Below, piece by piece: positions 58,301 through 64,000 of a DNA stretch of 64,000 nucleotides. The translations under genes were made by a program, and so were the position numbers. Position 1 is the first letter of the stretch. Every line of letters starts with the position of its first letter. A model generated the notes under the pieces. That model ran no database searches. It was not told the origin of the DNA and saw only the letters and a list, made by a program, of their open reading frames with translations. Source of the DNA: Amoebophrya sp. A120 (taxonomy: Eukaryota > Protista > Dinoflagellata); NCBI GenBank assembly GCA_905178155.1, contig CAJINV010000004.1:5124619-5188618 (forward strand), read 5' to 3'.

Positions 58301-61263
58301 GCAGCACTACTCGGCGGCGGCTTGTTTTCACCTTCGGGTCCTCGTGCAGGCATTCTCTTTAGTTTCGACGTCCCTGGAGGTGTAACCGAACAAACTCCAG
58401 GCGTAGTAGAAGTTGCGGCGAGAACAGAGAGCTTGTTCTCATCCTCCACAGATGAAGAGACCACATGTGCGGCGGAGGCTGAAATGACCGCATCTTGTTC
58501 TAGGGCTCCTGCAGCTGCAGAAAGATGAACCATCGGAGTCGAGGACTCAACTCTCTTCTTTACCGCCTCCGCCTCCTCAACACCACCCGCCAACATCCCA
58601 GCCATCGGCGAAGGCGCAGGATCTTCGTGCTCGGTCGTCTCCTGGTCTTGTGCCTGAAAAGATCCATCTGCTCCGCTGTCCATTTCAGGGAAGAACTCCG
58701 GTTCCTCCGGACCGAGAAGGGGCGAATCCGACATTTCTTCTAGTAGCGGCGGCCGATCGGGACTCGATTCAACTGGGTTGTTCGCGGGGGTCAGGTCCAA
58801 CGGAGACATGGTTCCAGCGTTTATGTCTTGCGAGAAAACCGGGAGAGTGGAAGGGAAGACAAAAGACGTCGGCTGGGCGCCACCTGTAGGTGTTGTGCAG
58901 TAATGCTATACTATTCCTATTCTGGATGTTCTACCTTGCCAGCTCAAACGATGAAACTGGGAGGTATCCATATCTAACAAAGCAGATCCATGCAGATGAT
59001 GGTCATGTCGGCTGCAAAAACTGCAGACATGTATTTACTTAGTACCTCTCGAATCCAAGGCAAGCTGCGGCCCCATGAAGTGCGGCGCTCTAGCGAACGC
59101 TGGTGAGGAGTTGGGACTGTTACTTCTGCTACGTGAAGATGATGAGGTAGGACCAACTACTGCAGTTGAAATCTTTGCTGCGCCCTGAAGAGATGAACCA
59201 AACTGTTTCGCCGATAGCGGCGCTTGTTTGCTAGGTGAAGACTTCTCGGGCGACGACTTTTCGGGTGAGGATTCCCACTGTTCCGGCAGGGGGATGTCCT
59301 CAAGAATCGGGCTGTTGGAGAGCAGCGGAACAGCGTTATTTGTTCCAGGAAAATCTTTCTCTTCCAGACGAGGATTTGTTGAAGCAAGACCTTGCTTTCC
59401 TTGTTCGTGGTCCTGTAGTTCTTCGTGCTCGTCGGATACCGAGTGCAAGACTTCTACATCTACTATCCCGTCATCGTCGTGCTCGTGGTCCTTGTTCTTA
59501 CCTTGTTCTCCGCGCGCTGCGTTCGCGAGCACTTGGTACGCAGCGTCTGCGTCCGGATTTCTACTAACCGCATCGTGTCGTGTCTCCTCAACGTCGAACA
59601 CATGATGGTCTTGATCTCCCGAATTAGTGGTTTTCTTGCTCTGCACCGGCAGGCCGCTGACCGTCGTGCGCAACTCCGCGTCCTCCACAGTGGTTTTCAC
59701 CACCTCTTCCCACGTGGCATCCGAGAAGAACTCCGTGCCGCTCGCACCCGTGGAGTTGCTCTTCGACTGGATTGGGTCTTTCCGACTGTTCTTGCTGTTC
59801 GTAGCGATATCCGCGAGATGGTCGTCAAAGTCCAGGTCATCAGAGTCGTCCTCAGAGGGAACTTGGGACAAAACCGTTTCGTCTGACCCCACGTCCTCCG
59901 TTACGAAGGGGTACAGTTGATCTTGATCCTGACCACCTCCTAGTACAGCTCTACTGTGAAGATTCCTATTGCCATTTATGTTTTTTGCGGTAGTACCAGC
60001 ACGAGCCTCCTCTTCGTCTTCAGGCGGCAAAAGCTCGTCGATTACGCTCGTGAGACCCAAGACCACCCCACTGACGGTCTGCTTCACGGTGGACCGCACG
60101 TTTTCAGATGTTAAGGAAGCGACGATGGCTTCGGCGGTGGATGAAGGTTGTTTCTCTGCTTCTACAACTCCGGTTGTTGTTCCTGCTCTTGATCGACTAG
60201 CTGACGAGGCGGCAGGGGTGCCGCCGTTCTCCTCGGCAGTTTGCGATTGGGGTGGAGATCTGTTGTTGGTCCCGCCCATCATGATGCCGCCAGAGGCGGT
60301 CCTGGCGTTGCTGCTAGAAGTGCCGGTGTTCTGCGCATCGTTGAAGCGCAGATTCTCCACTAGGTCATCCATTTGAAACACGGACGTGACCATGTCGACA
60401 ACGTCGTGGACCTCGTATGGCGTTCTCAAATGTTACATTCTCGACTGTTACAGGAATTTGTAATGCAAGAATAGCACAGGTGAGAGGGAGAACCCTGCGC
60501 GTCTTGCATTACAGATTTGGTTCGGATTCTAGGGCTATTTAGCGCGTCGAGAATTCGTCATGCGAAGTAGTTTGATCGTCTGGGAGCTCATGGTCGTTTT
60601 GCATGACAAATCATGTAACAGCTGAGAATGTCACGTTTGAGAACGCCATACCTCGTCTACCAAGGTGCGGGTGCTGCTCCGCATGGCGTCGTGCACCGGT
60701 CGCCGAAGAACGTCCTCCGACTCATCGATTTCCGACGTGTCCGAGTCGTGCACTCGGTCTCTATGCCGTTCACTTTCATGTTGTTCCTGCTGTATCTCAT
60801 GCTCAGCATGTTGTTCTGCCTCTGCCTCTGCCTTCGGACCTCGAGTTCTTGCATGATCATCCGCGTACTTTTGCTCACCCTCCGCCTCGATATGATCATT
60901 ATGCCCCCGCTTATAGATTTCTTCTTCTTCCATCCTCCCTCCTCTTCTGTCCACAGCCCGCTGTCGCAACTCTTCGATTTCGGCCTTCGCTGCGGAGGCG
61001 TTGATGTGTTGGTCAGCTGTAATCTCGTTATGTTTCTTGTTGACAACCACATCTGTAGTTCCTTGTTGATGCGGAGGTGCAGCAGCATCGTCTCCAGCTT
61101 GTTCGCCCTCGTGATTGGGTTCGGAAAAATTCACGTCCTGGTTGGCTGCAGCGTAAAAGTTTTCGTGTTCTTCGCTGTTATCCACGCTAACCGTAGAAGC
61201 TCCGGCGCTTGCAGCTGTCCCAGGATCTTCGGCAACAGTGCCGCCGGCCTCCTCGACGGACAT
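52368..61263 (-). CDS. Very large acidic low-complexity protein; 4 exons
   Basis: ORFs 60631-61284, 59035-60429, 55546-58809 and 52368-54290 join in frame via element 60416-60650 (LVDE|VHDV), GT-AG intron 58884-59045 (DSRG|GAQP) and element 54325-55586 (STRF|SKRT). Confidence 0.65.
53892..55013. repeat. Perfect spacer-less palindrome (561-bp arms), probably an assembly artefact
   Basis: Centre CAATCGAC|GTCGATTG at 54452/54453. Right arm ends at the single N (55014). Duplicates part of an exon in inverted form. Confidence 0.85.
55015..55145. repeat. Cluster of TGGGTACCCA palindromic units (same family as 54393-54512)
   Basis: Repeated ATTGGGTACCCAAT / AAAGGTGTAAATT / CCACACCTTT modules. Confidence 0.75.
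55279..55460. repeat. AT-rich ~40-bp repeat, 3 tandem copies plus 1 dispersed
   Basis: C(G/A)CGAATTTTCAAAATTTTATTTTTATT-like units near 55279, 55352, 55394 and 55434. Confidence 0.75.
60416..60650. mobile_element. Introner-like intron, family D (GT-AG register available)
   Basis: TATGGCGTTCTCAAATGTTACATTCTC...GAGAATGTCACGTTTGAGAACGCCATA; perfect TSD CCTCG. Confidence 0.93.
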
Positions 61264-62299
61264 TGATGTTGCACAAAATTTCAACAGCGGTATGTCAGAA
61301 GTTGCGACCCATTTTTACCCGTTTCATAAAGAAGCGCCAACGTTGGGATCGAGACACGAAAAGCACCAAAGAACAGAGACGGTTTTATGTTCAGCTAAGA
61401 TCCTCTACTCTCCTAGGACAACTTCTAACACGATCATACTGTGCTGTGGTCAACAAGAAAAACAAGTTGGTGCCAGAAGAAGGACCAGAGGCAGAGAGTG
61501 ACAGTGTTTCTCGAGTTGGAACATAAATCGAAAAACGAAGGTCGTGATAAAGCAGATCGAGAAAAAAACTCGTGGGAGCGAGGAGCCATGATGCTGGCAA
61601 CGATGTTGGTGTACAACGTCCTCGCCTGTTCACAAGTTGTTGTCTTCGAAAACCACGCTTGGGATAAAAATGCCTCGTCCACTTGAATACGGCTACTAAC
61701 TTCCTCCTTCCCGAGGCCGACACGAGTCGATCTACTTCTGTGCGAACATCGATCGATCGATAACCATCAAGGCTGAGGACTCAAGAAACACCAAACATGC
61801 TGCTACGTGCAGAGGCCACGTACACTTATCTTGCTCAAAATGTGGTACGGAGGTCTGGCTTGATACCAGAGTCATGAATGAGTTTTTCGGTTTCTCAATT
61901 CCAATTGGCCATTTCCTTGCCAGTACATAATGTCGAAGATGTCGTGGGCCCAAACAAGGAGCCGGAATTTGTTTTTTGCAACCCTTGTTGCTGCACAACA
62001 CTATTTTACACATGCACAACATCACAAGACTTCGGAGTCTATGATCGGTATCGAAAACATCTATCATTGAACCTCGCCCACGCTGTGACGTAGTAACCAC
62101 ACAGTGGTCGTCCTCCAAAACTCAAAGCAAAAACCTATTCCTATGCGAAGGAATGCAGAAGTCTAATTCTTTCTTGTCCGAATCATGTTCCGCGGAAGTT
62201 GCACAACAAGCACCCTTTTTGGCTCGTCCTCACCCCCGCAGCCACGGCGACTAAGCAGAGCTAGTACTTGTACTTCTTCACAGCGATTTTTACTTATCC

Positions 62300-63190
62300 C
62301 TACAGTTCCGACCCCTCGCCACCGTCGAAACCAGTGTACAAAAAGTCCTCCTTGGTGACCTTCGTTTCCTTGCCGCCCTTGTTGACTCTATCGACATTGC
62401 AAATACGTCTGGGTCTGGTGGAATTTGTGTTGCGAGAGTTGAAGAAGTAGTACAGCACGATATGTAGAAGTGCAAGGACAGCAGTGGGAAGTTTTTTTGT
62501 CGTGCTGGAAGGCAACTTGTCGTGCTTGTTCACGAATGAATTCGCAATAAGGCGCGGAGATCTTCTCATGGTGTCTTTAATATGCCGTCCTATAAGCGGC
62601 CAGTGCCAGTCTGCAATGCTGCATGTACTATCAGCAACACAACTTTCCAGAGGACCCAGACATGTCATTTACATTTGATAGACCCCATCGATGAGCATTT
62701 GCACCCGCTGCTCCGCCTTTTCCTTCGTGGTCGGGTTCTCCGCGCGCTCCAGCACCCAGGCAAATTCCTTGAAGGTAATCCCGAGGAAGGAAACGCGGGA
62801 ATAAATCAATGCGTAGTTTTCGTAGTCCGTGTCAATCACCTGGTAGTCGCCCCAGAACGGCGCGTTGCCGATCTTCACCTGCAGCACCCCCTCGGTCGAG
62901 TCTTTCGGCTTCCGCGCCTTCCCCTCCAGCGTGACCCGGTGCAGCTTGGACGCCGGGTCCGTCTTGTCCACCGGCTGGAGGTCGCTGTTTTCCACTTTCA
63001 GAAACTCGTACGCGCTGTTTTCTTCTTCTACTTGTGGTCCACCTTCTTCCATTTTCGAGTAAATTGCCTTCGCTTTCTTGCCGTCTTGAAACGGGTTGGG
63101 CAGACGGGCGCGCTCCCACCAAACCCCGAGGTACCGAGTCGTGTCGAAGTTCTGCACGACAACCACGGAACGACTCGCGGACCCGCCCAT
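62300..63190 (-). CDS. Lipocalin (Blc/ApoD/TIL-like); 2 exons
   Basis: VQNFDTTRYLGVWWERARLPNPFQ (SCR1) and YQVIDTDYENYALIYS (SCR2). Junction IDGV|NKGG. N-terminal MGGSAS fits a myristoylation consensus. Confidence 0.88.
62389..62680. mobile_element. Introner-like intron, family F
   Basis: TATCGACATTGCAAATACGTCTGGGTCTGG...CCAGAGGACCCAGACATGTCATTTACATTTGATA; TSD GACTC/GACCC (4/5). Confidence 0.87.
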
Positions 63191-64000
63191 TTTTTTTTTA
63201 ATATTTGACAGAAAATTTTTTAATCCGTATGATCCGTTGCAGCTTCACCGATATAATTTTACTACGACTTTATTTTAACCGCTCCTGGTGCGTTGTGTCG
63301 TGGTTCTTTGGTTGATGTTGAATGATGGATCTCCTGCTAATGTCGAATGATGGATCTCCTACTTCGTCCTGATGTGTAGGTAGTACAACAAACTTGTATG
63401 ATATTATGCTCTCTACTCTTTGTCTTTCAACACCGTGCTGTGTTCGTCCGCTCTCCTCTCTTTAACTTTATTCGGTTTCGGATCTTGTTGGTCGTGGTAC
63501 AACTCTAATATAATTTCTTCTTAACCAACTATATTCATGATTCGGATTTGCTGGATCTTCGTTCGCAGTGCTAGAAAATTAGGACGGCATATATTCGAAC
63601 CAGGAGTACGTTTTCCTATGACCGCAAAACTTTCTGCAAGTGGAAACCCTACGCCCGGTTGGTTTTACGGGATCCCGCCCAGGATGAACAACCGGGTGGT
63701 TCTGCTTTCCCACACCAGCAAAAGAAGTTGCCGATGCCGACAACTATCCAAAGCAAATCCAAATCAGTTTACTCGCGAGTCGCTTTCATCTTCATCTGTG
63801 TATCATCTGTATCTGTTTCGGCATCGGTCTCTAAGATGAAACAAAACTAAATATACTAGACTACTGCGCCGGCGTCCAGGACGCCGGCGATAGGTCGTCC
63901 AGTAAATCTAAAATCAAAAAACTATCGCGAAACGCTAGCGGAACAAATTGACTCGGCGACCGAGTCGCCCGATTGTGAATCTTATCTGCTCGCGGAGACG

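Noticed and set aside
140-63850. Numerous plus-strand ORFs of 60-250 aa
   Set aside because: They are antisense shadows of GC-rich minus-strand exons or short ORFs in spacers. None has a recognisable domain.
63867-63966. Short GC hairpins CGCCGGCGTCC-A-GGACGCCGGCG (63867-63889) and GACTCGG-CGA-CCGAGTC (63950-63966)
   Set aside because: Too short and at the window edge. No TSD or partner end visible, though they could belong to an element continuing beyond the window.
1-64000. tRNA, rRNA, snRNA genes or dinoflagellate spliced-leader relics
   Set aside because: None recognised by eye. A covariance-model search (tRNAscan-SE, Infernal) would be needed to exclude them.

Overview
Eukaryotic, gene-dense window. 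Gene architecture and intron type suggest a Syndiniales dinoflagellate such as Amoebophrya (inference). About 13 protein-coding genes all lie on the minus strand: a glutaminyl-tRNA synthetase with a CysRS-like C-terminal tail, a DDX49/Dbp8 DEAD-box helicase, a lipocalin, an HMA-domain membrane protein, a Dpy-30-motif protein, two paralogous PAN/Apple-domain surface proteins and several long low-complexity proteins. The main feature is 25 short insertions in coding sequence (24 of 145-334 bp, one enlarged by a nested insert), from six families plus three singletons. They share TAT...ATA ends (three single-base variants), terminal inverted repeats and usually a 5-bp flanking direct repeat; most carry a repeated internal GCAT(G/T/C)ACA(A/G)A motif. 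Removing element plus 5 bp restores the reading frame in all 25 cases, but only 4 offer GT/GC-AG ends in that register, and one family occurs in both orientations. They look like transposon-derived non-canonical introns (introners). Also present: canonical GT-AG introns, a TTA-flanked hairpin MITE, a TIR-type insert in a 1.9-kb intron, and a 1.1-kb perfect palindrome beside an N that is probably an assembly artefact. All splice models were derived by hand from DNA and need RNA confirmation.
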